A DNA stretch of 64,000 nucleotides from Candidatus Krumholzibacteriia bacterium (GTDB lineage: Bacteria > Krumholzibacteriota > Krumholzibacteriia > JAJRXK01): NCBI GenBank assembly GCA_041484665.1, contig JBGPIA010000002.1:512001-576000 (forward strand), given 5' to 3'. The translations under genes and the position numbers were made by a program. The notes below the pieces were generated by a model. It worked only from the letters and a program-made list of their open reading frames with translations. It ran no database searches and had not been told where the DNA came from. Numbering within the stretch: the first letter of the stretch is position 1; every line of letters starts with the position of its first letter. Positions 13,498 through 22,792 of this stretch are shown here, piece after piece.

Positions 13498-13506
13498 TGG
13501 TATACT
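13498..13506 (+). promoter_or_regulatory. Extended -10 promoter for the large peptidase gene
   Basis: TGGTATACT (TGn-TATACT) about 255 nt upstream of ATG 13760. Confidence 0.5.
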
Positions 13507-13759
13507 GCCCGTGGTATCGGAGTCCCCGTCGCGGCACTGCTGGTCCGGACCTGCGCGGTGCTCGTTCTCGCTGATGGGGTGCAGCTCGCCTCGTTGGCGC
13601 GTCACCTCGTCGACAACGGGGGTCAATCCCCCGTCGCGCGCGCATCGTTGCCTTCGGATCGGTCGTGAGCCATGGGGCACCGCGGGCACCCGTCCCACGG
13701 TACGTCCTTCCACCCTCGGCTGCACACCTTGGCTGCACCCAGAAAGGGGGCGTTCGTAG

Positions 13760-16700
13760 ATGAGAACTTGGTTAACGACCATCGCGCTGTTCTCACTCGC
13801 TGTCCTCATGGCCATCTCCCAGGGCAACCCTGCCTCGGCGGCCTTCTCCCGGACGGAGATCGAGCAGATCAACCAGAGCTATCGCGCGCAGGGCTTCGTT
13901 CTCGACTGGGATCTTACTCGGGGCCTGCCGCGCAAGATGGTCAACGCGACCTTCCGCCCGCCGCAATTCACGCGCATCGCGGGCTCCCCCGAGCAGCTCG
14001 CCGATGCGTTCCTGATCAGCCATGCGGCGACCCTGTTCGGCCGCACCGATGTGGCGGTCGGCGGCGCCCAGGTGACCAGCGGCAATCAGATGGAGCTGCG
14101 CACCATGCGCGTCGTGGAGAGCCTCTCGGGCTTCCAGGTGTGGAAGCTGCAGTACGTGGACGGGCTGCCGGTCGATGACGCCTGGGTCCAGACGAACCTG
14201 GACAAGCAGGGCCGGATCCTGTCCGTGTTGAGCAAGTTCCAGCCGACGATCAACATCCCCGACCCCGCGCCTGCGCTCTCCGGCAGCCTTGCCATCGACG
14301 CCGCGCGCGCCTCCATCGACCGACCCGGCGCCGAGCGCGTCGCGCCCACGGCCGAGCTGGTCATCTGGGCCGACGGAGCCTCGGGGGTCCTGGCGTACAA
14401 GACGATGATCCCCCTGTGGTCCCCGTACGGGGACTGGGAGAGCATCGTCTCGGCCCAGACGGGCCAGGTGATCTTCACGCAGGATCGGATGATCTACCGC
14501 AAGGGACCCAACCACGAGCGCATCGACATCGCGCCGCCGCCCACTCAGGCGCACGTCGAGGGCCAGGCGCCCGCGCCGCGAGCTGGCGTCACGGTCACCG
14601 GCAGCGGCATGGTGATGCCGGCCAACCCGCTGAACGGCCACCCGGAGCGTTACGCGCTGCGCGACGGCGACAACGTGGACCCCTTTCGCGAGACCAAGAG
14701 CCTGTTCCGGCTCGACGGGTCGGGGTTCCTGAAGGGCTCCTACTGCTGGGCTGACAACACGGACGTTCCCCCGGGAGCCAACGAGCCCAGCGAGATATTC
14801 AACTACTCGGTGCTCACCCTGAACGGGCACTTCGAGGAAGTGAACATCTACTGGCACATCGACGCCTTCCAGGACTACATCCAGACCTCGCTGGGCATCC
14901 CCAACGCCAACAACCGGCAGACCAAGGCGCATGCCCACCAAGGAGAGGATGACAACAGCTCGTACAGCCCAGCAACGAAGGAGATCCGCTACGGAGACGG
15001 CGGGGTGGACGACTCCGAGGACGGCGAGGTCGTTCTCCACGAGTACGGCCACGCCATCCACGACAACATCGTTCCGGGCTTCGGCGGCGGTGAGACGGGA
15101 GCGATCTCCGAGGGCTTCGGCGATTACTGCGCCGGCACCTTTGGCGACAACGCTCTCATTGCCGAGTGGGACGCCACGAGCTACAACCCCGGTCCTCCCC
15201 CCAACCTGCGCCGGATCGACGGAACCAAGCACTACCCGGAGGATCTCGATGGCGAGGTCCACGACGACGGTGAGATCATCAGCGCCGCCTGGTGGCAGCT
15301 CCACAACATGGTAGGCAAGCAGGTCGCCGACCAGCTCATCATCGAGAGCTTCTTCCTCACCGGCACCAGCTCGACCATGCCCGATTTCGCCGACGCGACG
15401 GTCCAGGTGGACATGGCGCTGTTCGGCGGAGCCCACCTGGGCGCGATCTACTCCAGCTACGGCAGCCGCGGCATCGGGCCGGCCTACCTGCTGGAGATCA
15501 CCCACGCGCCGCTGGGGGACACCGAGAACCGGACCGGCCCCTACGCGGTAAACGTGACGATCGCCCACACCTCGCCCATCACGGGCGCCAACGCGGTGCA
15601 AATGCACTGGAAGCTCGCCAGCGACCCGTCGTTCACCGACGTGACGATGTCAGCGTCGGGCCCGGATGCCTGGACGGCCGACATCCCCGGCCCGGGTGTC
15701 GATGCGACGATCCAGTACTACCTTAACGCGACCGATGACCAGTCGGTCGGCGCCTCGCTGCCGGCCACCGCGCCTGGAACCGTGTTCAGCTTCAACGTCG
15801 GCACCGACCTGGTGCCGCCGACGATCGCGCACACGCCGCTCAACAACCAGCCGACGATCCGGTGGCCCTCCACCGTGCGCGCGGCGGTCACGGACAACCT
15901 CGGCGTGGCGGCGGTGAGCGTCAGCTGGAGCCTCAACAGCGTGTTGCAGGCCGGATTCGCGCTGGTGCACACCAGCGGAAACAACTGGGAGGCCCACTTC
16001 CCGGCTGTCTCGGTGGTCGCCGGCGACGCGATCGACTACACGATCACGGCCGTCGACGGCTCCTCGGCCGCCAACTACGCCTACCATGGACCGCACAGCT
16101 TCCAGATCATCAACGCGCTGGGCGTGGTGCTGATCCTCGACGACGACCACTCGGCCAAGGCGGGCGGCGAGAAGCTCATGCCCGACAAGACGACGGTCGT
16201 CCAGACGCAGGACCGGGCCGAGAACGAGAAGGGTCTGGGCGCGGGCGCGATGGCCGCCGTCCTGACCAACGCCGGCTACGTCGTCACGGTCGAGGAGTCC
16301 AACGGCAGCGACCCGTCAACCTGGAGCAGCTACGACGTCGTCATCAGCAGCTCCGGGCGCGACAATTCTCCGCTGGCCAATGCCGCCTACCGGACGGCGC
16401 TGGTCAACTACGTCCAGGCGGGCCACAAGCTGTTCGTGGAGGGTGGCGAGGTCGGATTCGACTCGACCTTCTCGCCATTCTATCCCGAGATCGCAGACAA
16501 CGTGATCCACGCCTTCGATTGGGACACCGACAACGCAGGGCCGCTGGTGGGCAGCCCGGGGCAGGCGGGACATCCGATCCGCAACATCCCCAACCCGCTG
16601 TCGGCGTCGATCCCGGTCACGTATGCCGCCAACTTCGGCGACGAGGACGCGACCGTGCCCAATCCCGAGGCCTACCTCGTGTACGGTACGACGAGCTTCC

Positions 16701-18088
16701 CCGCGGATGCCGGCGTGCTGGTGTACGACAACAACAACGCTCCGGGCAGCGCGCAGATCGTGTACCTGGCGGCGGCGTACGTGCAGATCACCGACCCATC
16801 GCTGGCCGGAAAGCTGCTGGAGAACATCGTCGCCTACCTGCTGGCCGACGAGGGCTCGGCCGCGAGCTCCATCAGCGGGCAGGTGGTGCTGCAGAACTCC
16901 GTGGACTTCTCCGGCAGCGTCGTGACGGCGCACCCCGGCGGCGCAACCGCCACGACGGGCGCCAACGGCCAGTACGCGCTGAACGGACTGTTCCCCGGGA
17001 CCTACACCCTGGAGGTCCAGGGCCCTGCGGGCTGGGAGTCCACCAGCCGCACGCTGACCATCGGCACCGGGGCCACGACCGACGTCAACTTCGAGCTGCG
17101 CCCGGTGACGCAGGTCACGATCTGCAACTCGACCCCGATCAACATTCCCGACAACAACCCCACGGGGATCGTCAGCACGTTGCTGGTGGGCACCGGCGGC
17201 GGGATCTCCGACGTACACTGCGCGGTGAACATCACGCACACTTGGAAGGGTGACCTGACCATCGACCTGGTGAGCCCCAACGGCACGAGCGTCCGGCTGC
17301 ACAACCGCACGGGCGGCAGCACCGACAACGTCATCACCAGCTACGACGATCTCACGCTTCCGGATGGGCCCGGCGTGATGAACGACTTCAACGGCGGCGA
17401 GGCCTCGGGCACGTGGCAGTTGAAGGTCGCCGACCGCGCTGGCCAGGATGTGGGCACGCTGAATAACTGGTGCGTCACGCTGCTCGTCACCCAGCAGGGC
17501 TCGGTGCCCACGCTGGCCGGCGCGCTGCGCGCCCAGGTCGCCGATGGCGGCGTCCGGGTCTCGTGGACCACCTACAGCAGCGAGGGCGTGACGGGCTTCA
17601 ACGTCCTGCGGCAGGTCGGTGCCTCGAGCTTCACCACGGTGAACTCCGAGATGTTGCACCCCAAGCAGGGTGAGATGAGCTTCGTCGACGCAGTGGACGG
17701 GATCGCGATGGGTACCAGCCTGACCTACCGCCTCGAGGCGGTGCTGGTCGGCGGCAGCAAGGAGATCGTGGGCGAGGACGTGCGCGTGCAATACGCGCCG
17801 CAGCTGCCGGCGGTCTTCGCGTTGCACCAGAACGAGCCCAACCCGTTCAATCCCAAGACCACCATCCGCTTCGCGTTGCCGGCGACGGGCTACACGACGC
17901 TGCGGGTCTACGATTCGGCCGGTCGCCTGGTGACCACCCTGGTCAGCCAGGTGATGGGCGCGGGCGTGCACCCCGTCGTGTGGGGCGGCACCGACGACCG
18001 TGGCCAGACGGTGGCCAGCGGAACCTACTTCTATCAGGTGCGCAGCGGTCGCTACATCGACACCAAGCGCATGGAGCTGATCAAGTAG
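13760..18088 (+). CDS. Secreted multidomain zinc metalloprotease (M36/M4-like) with propeptide, Ig-like repeats, carboxypeptidase-regulatory-like domain, P-proprotein domain and FlgD-Ig C-terminus
   Basis: Signal peptide; HEYGH...EGFGDY; EVHDDGEI; VNITHTWKGDLTIDLVSP (P domain); LHQNEPNPFNP...GTYFY tail; 1442 aa. Confidence 0.85.
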   Translation: MRTWLTTIALFSLAVLMAISQGNPASAAFSRTEIEQINQSYRAQGFVLDWDLTRGLPRKMVNATFRPPQFTRIAGSPEQLADAFLISHAATLFGRTDVAVGGAQVTSGNQMELRTMRVVESLSGFQVWKLQYVDGLPVDDAWVQTNLDKQGRILSVLSKFQPTINIPDPAPALSGSLAIDAARASIDRPGAERVAPTAELVIWADGASGVLAYKTMIPLWSPYGDWESIVSAQTGQVIFTQDRMIYRKGPNHERIDIAPPPTQAHVEGQAPAPRAGVTVTGSGMVMPANPLNGHPERYALRDGDNVDPFRETKSLFRLDGSGFLKGSYCWADNTDVPPGANEPSEIFNYSVLTLNGHFEEVNIYWHIDAFQDYIQTSLGIPNANNRQTKAHAHQGEDDNSSYSPATKEIRYGDGGVDDSEDGEVVLHEYGHAIHDNIVPGFGGGETGAISEGFGDYCAGTFGDNALIAEWDATSYNPGPPPNLRRIDGTKHYPEDLDGEVHDDGEIISAAWWQLHNMVGKQVADQLIIESFFLTGTSSTMPDFADATVQVDMALFGGAHLGAIYSSYGSRGIGPAYLLEITHAPLGDTENRTGPYAVNVTIAHTSPITGANAVQMHWKLASDPSFTDVTMSASGPDAWTADIPGPGVDATIQYYLNATDDQSVGASLPATAPGTVFSFNVGTDLVPPTIAHTPLNNQPTIRWPSTVRAAVTDNLGVAAVSVSWSLNSVLQAGFALVHTSGNNWEAHFPAVSVVAGDAIDYTITAVDGSSAANYAYHGPHSFQIINALGVVLILDDDHSAKAGGEKLMPDKTTVVQTQDRAENEKGLGAGAMAAVLTNAGYVVTVEESNGSDPSTWSSYDVVISSSGRDNSPLANAAYRTALVNYVQAGHKLFVEGGEVGFDSTFSPFYPEIADNVIHAFDWDTDNAGPLVGSPGQAGHPIRNIPNPLSASIPVTYAANFGDEDATVPNPEAYLVYGTTSFPADAGVLVYDNNNAPGSAQIVYLAAAYVQITDPSLAGKLLENIVAYLLADEGSAASSISGQVVLQNSVDFSGSVVTAHPGGATATTGANGQYALNGLFPGTYTLEVQGPAGWESTSRTLTIGTGATTDVNFELRPVTQVTICNSTPINIPDNNPTGIVSTLLVGTGGGISDVHCAVNITHTWKGDLTIDLVSPNGTSVRLHNRTGGSTDNVITSYDDLTLPDGPGVMNDFNGGEASGTWQLKVADRAGQDVGTLNNWCVTLLVTQQGSVPTLAGALRAQVADGGVRVSWTTYSSEGVTGFNVLRQVGASSFTTVNSEMLHPKQGEMSFVDAVDGIAMGTSLTYRLEAVLVGGSKEIVGEDVRVQYAPQLPAVFALHQNEPNPFNPKTTIRFALPATGYTTLRVYDSAGRLVTTLVSQVMGAGVHPVVWGGTDDRGQTVASGTYFYQVRSGRYIDTKRMELIK

Positions 18089-18098
18089 ACAAGGCGAT

Positions 18099-18170
18099 CC
18101 GGGTGCTCCCGCCCCGCGGGAGCACCTGGCCTTGCGGGCCGGGGGGCGGATGCTCCCCGGCCTTGCTTTC
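18099..18170 (+). terminator. Tandem hairpins / intrinsic terminator
   Basis: CCGGGTGCTCCC/GGGAGCACCTGG, then GGCCGGGGGGC/GCTCCCCGGCC followed by TTGCTTTC. Confidence 0.6.
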
Positions 18171-18276
18171 AACTTGAGGATGGCCTGCCATTGGCGCCTG
18201 TCGTTACAATGGGAGCGAGCGGCGCCGATCTGGCGCCGCGCCAGGCGTCCTTCAGCCTGCCAGGAGTCCGGCTGCG

Positions 18277-19941
18277 ATGAAGCGTCTGTTCGCACTCGCC
18301 GTTCTGCTCCTCCCCTGCGCGTCGGCGGCAACCGGCACGGCGGCCGCGCCGCGGACGATCTACTGGACGTCGGCTCCCGTGCCGCGCGGGCTCGACCGCG
18401 TGACCGTGCGCAGCCTGTCCGTTGGCAACTTGCTGGTCCCGCAGGAGGGGCGCGAGGCGATCGCGAGTCCGGGCGTGGAGGCTGTCGAGGTGCCCGCGGG
18501 CGCAGAGGCGTTCGTGGTACAGCTGCCACACGGCGCGGATGACCTGCCGGTGCTCTCGGCCGCGGCCACGGTGCTACGCGTGGAAGGCACGTATGCGCTG
18601 ATCGCGGCGGACGCCCAGCAGGCGGCCAACCCACTGCTGGAGGCGTACCACAAGGAGCGCCTGATCTACCTCCCGCCCGTGCGGCCGGCCAGGACCCCTT
18701 CCAGTTGGCGCAAGGGCGGCGGCGCAACCGCCTCCCCCACCGCGGTCGATCCGCAGCTGAAGCAGAACATCGTCAACTCGGTCAACGTGGCGAAGTTCTC
18801 CCAATACGTGCGCGAGCTCTCGGGCGATCTGGTCTTCTGGCTCAACGGCCAGCTCAAGTCGACCAACAACCGCAACACCTACCGGCCGGGAAACCTCGTC
18901 GCCGCCGACTATCTCCAGGACCGCCTGCAGGCCATGGGTTACCCGGTCATCCGGCAGCCGTTCGTGGTGGGCGGCAGCCCGACGCAGAACATCATCGCAG
19001 TCAAGACGGGCGTCGTGTACCCCGACGAGATCATCGTGCTCGGCGGCCACTACGATTCGATCAGTGGCAACACCGCGCTGCGCGCCCCCGGCGCTGAGGA
19101 CAACGGCACGGGCACCGCCGCCGTGATGCACCTGGCGGAGATCTTCGCCCCCTACCGGACCGAGCGCACCATCCACTTCGTCTGCTTCAGCGGCGAGGAG
19201 CAGGGTCTGTGGGGCAGCGAATACTACGTAACGCAACTGGCCGCCAACGGGTGGAACGTCACCAACTCGATGATCATGGACATGATCAGCGCGTGGCAGA
19301 GCAACTTCGCAGTGATCATCGAGGGCGAGCACGCCTGGGAGCCGCTGATGAGCCTCTTCCAGGGCAACCTCACCCAATGGTCCGGAATCGGCTACCGCAA
19401 GGACTACGCGAGCTGGGGCAGCGACCACGTGCCGTTCCAGCAGGCAGGCATCCCTTGCTTCTTGGCGATCGACATGGACTACGGGAGCTACCCCTGGTAC
19501 CACGACATCGACGACAAGTGGAGTTCGCAATGTGTCGAGCAGGGGCGCGCGTGCATCGATCCGTCGCTGGGGCTGGCAATCATGAAGGGCATGATCGCGT
19601 CGCTGGCGGATCTGGCCGTGCCGATCGACCGGTCGACGCCGGCCCCGCCTGTGCCCCCGGCCGCCCGCCTCGCCCTCGAGCAAAACGTCCCCAACCCGTT
19701 CAACCCGAGCACGGTGATTGCGTTCGAGCTGGCCGCGCCGGGTGGCGTGCGCCTGGACGTCTACGACGCGGCGGGGCGCCTGGTCCGCCGCCTGGTGGAC
19801 GAGCAGCGGCCGTCCGGAGCGGGCCGCGTGCGGTGGAACGGCCAGGACGATGTCGGGCGCGCGGTCGCCTCCGGTCTGTACCACTATCGGCTGATCACTG
19901 CTGACGGCGTGCTGAGCCGCAGGATGGTCCTCGCGCGCTAA
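18277..19941 (+). CDS. Secreted M28 aminopeptidase with FlgD-Ig C-terminus
   Basis: Signal peptide; GGHYDS, PGAEDNGTG, GEEQGLWGS, MDMI, SDHVPF, YH; LEQNVPNPFNP tail. Confidence 0.88.
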   Translation: MKRLFALAVLLLPCASAATGTAAAPRTIYWTSAPVPRGLDRVTVRSLSVGNLLVPQEGREAIASPGVEAVEVPAGAEAFVVQLPHGADDLPVLSAAATVLRVEGTYALIAADAQQAANPLLEAYHKERLIYLPPVRPARTPSSWRKGGGATASPTAVDPQLKQNIVNSVNVAKFSQYVRELSGDLVFWLNGQLKSTNNRNTYRPGNLVAADYLQDRLQAMGYPVIRQPFVVGGSPTQNIIAVKTGVVYPDEIIVLGGHYDSISGNTALRAPGAEDNGTGTAAVMHLAEIFAPYRTERTIHFVCFSGEEQGLWGSEYYVTQLAANGWNVTNSMIMDMISAWQSNFAVIIEGEHAWEPLMSLFQGNLTQWSGIGYRKDYASWGSDHVPFQQAGIPCFLAIDMDYGSYPWYHDIDDKWSSQCVEQGRACIDPSLGLAIMKGMIASLADLAVPIDRSTPAPPVPPAARLALEQNVPNPFNPSTVIAFELAAPGGVRLDVYDAAGRLVRRLVDEQRPSGAGRVRWNGQDDVGRAVASGLYHYRLITADGVLSRRMVLAR

Positions 19942-20000
19942 GCGGAGAGTCCGCCACGCACGGCCCGGGCGCGCGGCCGCGGCGCGGGCCGCACACCACC

Positions 20001-22532
20001 ATGGGCCAACGCCGGGTACCGCCCTCTTCCACCACGCGGCGTCGGCTGCTGCTGGCGATCGCGCCCCTGCTGCTGATCCTGGAGATCCCCGGCGCGATCG
20101 AGCTGTGGAACCGCCCCTTCCACGGCATGAACCTCAACAACGACACCGTCCAGACGGTCGACGTGCCGAGCCCGGCTGCCTCCGCGGGCGTGCGCGCGGG
20201 GGACGTGCTGCTGTCGCTCGACGGGCGCCCCACGCTCCACGACGCCGCGTTCCGTGCTGCGCTGTTCGGCGCCCGCGCCGGCCGGTCGGTGGCGCTGGAG
20301 ATCGGCCGCGACGGCACTGCGGTCACGCTGACGCTGACGCTGGCGCAGAAGCCGTTGGGGCGCCGCGTCCTGGACTTCTTTCAGAGCGCGATCGGGCTCT
20401 GCTTCCTGTTCCTGGGCTTCGTGACCTATCTGCGGCGCCACGACGCCCTCGGCCGGCATTTCTATGCGTGCTGCCTGCTCTTCGCCTACCAGCTGCTCGA
20501 CCTGCCGACGTTCCCCTGGACCTGGCTCATGCTAGCGATCTTCACCGTGCGCGATGTGCTCGCGCTGTTCCTGTCGGCCGAGCTCCTGCGCTTTTGCCTC
20601 ATTTTCCCCGAAGGAGTCGAGGAGCGGCGCCCTGAGCTGCGTCGGCGCCGCTGGCTGATGCTGCCGCCGCTGCTGGTGGCTCCCCTGCACATCTGGGCCA
20701 ATTTCAGCGTGGCGCGCCCGGCCACCAGCCCGCTCGTGCGTGTCGTGGGCCTGGCCACCGCCGTCTTGTTCGCGGGTTACGTCGTGGCGGCCCTGATCGT
20801 GTTCACGCGAAAGGTCCTGCGCCGAGAGCCGTGGGTGCTGTGGACCAAGCTACGCCTGGCGGCCCTGGGACTCGCGGTGGGGGCGCTGCCCATCGCCCTG
20901 GCTGCGGTGGCGCGGCAAGTCTGGCCGGCGGCGCCCGTGCCACTGGAGAAGGTGGCGGTGCTGCTGCTGCCGCTGGTGCCCGCGAGCTTCTCCGTGGCGC
21001 TGCTGCGGACGCGCGCCATCGACCTCAGCGACCTCCTGCGCCAGGGGCTCATCACATTGGCCCTCACGCTTCTGCTCGTGCCGCCTGCGGCGGCCTTCCT
21101 GATGGTGGCGGGCCCGCTGCTCAGCGGCGCCGGGCGCGGCCTGGGATACCTGCTCACCGTGCTCGCGGTCTTCGCGCTGAGCGTCAGCGCCGTGCCGGCG
21201 CGGCGTCGCATCGGTACCGCCATCGACCACCTGCTCTATCCCGAGCAGCAGACCCAGCGCGCTCGCGCCCAGAGCCTCGCGGCAGCCCTCAACCAACAGC
21301 GCGACCCCCAGCAGCTCGCGCAGCTCTTGTGCGCCGATCTCCTCTCCCTGTTCCACGGCAGCAGCGCCGCGCTCTACGCCTGCGACGCGGAGGCCATGCA
21401 GCTCCAGGCCCAGTCTGGCACGGTGTCCGAGCGGCCCCACCCCGTCCGCGTGGCCCGCGAGGCGAGCCTGCTGGCCGAGGTGTTCCGCTCTTCCGAGATG
21501 ATACTGGTGGAGCCCATGCTCACCGGCCCGCGCCCCGTGCACCTGGACGAGGAGAGCCGCAAGCTCCTGGCCACTGGCTGTGCCCTGCTGTGTCCCCTGG
21601 CGGCGGGCGGCCGGCCCGTGGGACTGCTGGCCATGGGGCCGCCGCGCGGCGGCGGCATGTTCGGCACCTTCGAGCTGCACGAGATCCGCATGCTCGCCGG
21701 CCACACGGCCGCCGCCCTGGAGAACGCCATCCTGCACCGCGAGGACCTAGCGCGCGAGCGGCTGGCCGCTGAGATGGCGCTGGCTCGCGAGATCCAGGCG
21801 CATCTGATGCCGGCCAGCGATCTCGCGGCGGGGCCGTTCACCGTCAGCGGCAAGATGATCAGCTCGGCACAGGTGGGTGGAGACGTCTTCGACCACTTCA
21901 CGCTCGGCGACGGGCGCGTGGTGATGGCGGTGGCCGACGCCTCCGGCAAGGGCGTGCCGGCCAGCCTGTTGATGAGCAGCATGCGTCCAGCAATCCGCGA
22001 GGCGATGCAGCCAGGCTCGACCCTCGTGCAGGCGGTGGCGCGGCTCAATCGCCACGTGCACGCCATGACCAGCGAGCGCCACTTCATCGCCTTGTTCCTG
22101 GCAGCGCTCGAGCCGACGACGCACGTGATGACCTACGTGGTCGCCGGGCTCGACCCTCCACTGTGGGTGCGCGCGCGTCTGGGACGCGTGGAGCAGCTCA
22201 CGCGCGGAGGGCCCGTCCTTGGAATCGATCTGACCGCAGGGTTCCGCGAAGGGGTGATTCGGCTTCTGCCCGGCGACGTGCTGCTTGCGTATACCGACGG
22301 CATGATCGACCAGGAGAACGCCACCGGCGAGCCGTTCGGAACAGCGCGGCTGTCGGCCTGGACGCGGCGGCTGAAGGATCTTCCGGCGGCCGAGATCCGG
22401 GCCGGCCTGTTTGCGGCCGTGGAGGAGTTCGGCCCCGGCCCCGCCGCCGATGACAAGACGTTGCTGGTCTTGAAGTTCGACGCCCCAGCCCAGGCGGGCA
22501 CGGAAGCTGCTGAGGCAAGCGCAGGGGCATGA
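20001..22532 (+). CDS. Membrane sensor phosphatase: PDZ + multi-TM + GAF + SpoIIE/RsbU-type PP2C
   Basis: SPAASAGVRAGDVLLSLDG (PDZ); several TM segments; VGGDVFD, ADASGKG, YTDGMID, DDKT. Confidence 0.88.
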   Translation: MGQRRVPPSSTTRRRLLLAIAPLLLILEIPGAIELWNRPFHGMNLNNDTVQTVDVPSPAASAGVRAGDVLLSLDGRPTLHDAAFRAALFGARAGRSVALEIGRDGTAVTLTLTLAQKPLGRRVLDFFQSAIGLCFLFLGFVTYLRRHDALGRHFYACCLLFAYQLLDLPTFPWTWLMLAIFTVRDVLALFLSAELLRFCLIFPEGVEERRPELRRRRWLMLPPLLVAPLHIWANFSVARPATSPLVRVVGLATAVLFAGYVVAALIVFTRKVLRREPWVLWTKLRLAALGLAVGALPIALAAVARQVWPAAPVPLEKVAVLLLPLVPASFSVALLRTRAIDLSDLLRQGLITLALTLLLVPPAAAFLMVAGPLLSGAGRGLGYLLTVLAVFALSVSAVPARRRIGTAIDHLLYPEQQTQRARAQSLAAALNQQRDPQQLAQLLCADLLSLFHGSSAALYACDAEAMQLQAQSGTVSERPHPVRVAREASLLAEVFRSSEMILVEPMLTGPRPVHLDEESRKLLATGCALLCPLAAGGRPVGLLAMGPPRGGGMFGTFELHEIRMLAGHTAAALENAILHREDLARERLAAEMALAREIQAHLMPASDLAAGPFTVSGKMISSAQVGGDVFDHFTLGDGRVVMAVADASGKGVPASLLMSSMRPAIREAMQPGSTLVQAVARLNRHVHAMTSERHFIALFLAALEPTTHVMTYVVAGLDPPLWVRARLGRVEQLTRGGPVLGIDLTAGFREGVIRLLPGDVLLAYTDGMIDQENATGEPFGTARLSAWTRRLKDLPAAEIRAGLFAAVEEFGPGPAADDKTLLVLKFDAPAQAGTEAAEASAGA

Positions 22533-22594
22533 GAGGAAGTGCCCTCTGGCACGTCCTGGCCTTTGGTCTCGCCAAGCCTCAGGAGGCTTTGACC

Positions 22595-22663
22595 ATGGAT
22601 CCTGGGACCCTGATCGCCGCGCTCGTGTTGGGCGTGGACATCTTCTGGTGGTTGAGGAAGTGA
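22595..22663 (+). CDS. Small hydrophobic peptide MDPGTLIAALVLGVDIFWWLRK (22 aa); type I toxin-like or leader peptide
   Basis: Perfect AGGAGG RBS 8 nt before the ATG; hydrophobic core with WW and basic C-terminus; terminator downstream; below the ORF-track length cutoff. Confidence 0.65.
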   Translation: MDPGTLIAALVLGVDIFWWLRK

Positions 22664-22708
22664 AATGACCGAACATCAAAGCGAGAGCACCGACATCAGC
22701 TCTCTTTG

Positions 22709-22752
22709 AAGCCCCGTCGTGCAGGATGCAAAGCGCGACGGGGCTTTTCCTT
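22709..22752 (+). terminator. Intrinsic terminator after the small peptide, possibly also used by the convergent gene
   Basis: AAGCCCCGTCGTGC-10 nt loop-GCGCGACGGGGCTT then TTCCTT. Confidence 0.8.
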
Positions 22753-22792
22753 GTCCTGCAACGTCCCTCGACGTCCTCGGCGTGCCGCGCAC

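Noticed and set aside
22547..22561. TGGCACGTCCTGGC upstream of the small peptide as a sigma54 promoter
   Set aside because: GG-to-GC spacing is 9 nt, not the required 10
22533..22662. 9-bp direct repeat GAGGAAGTG around the small ORF as a target-site duplication
   Set aside because: Second copy lies inside the ORF end, and there are no terminal inverted repeats or transposase; chance is plausible
22665..22709. 14-aa ORF MTEHQSESTDISSL after the small peptide
   Set aside because: Weak RBS, coincides with an RNA hairpin, no coding evidence
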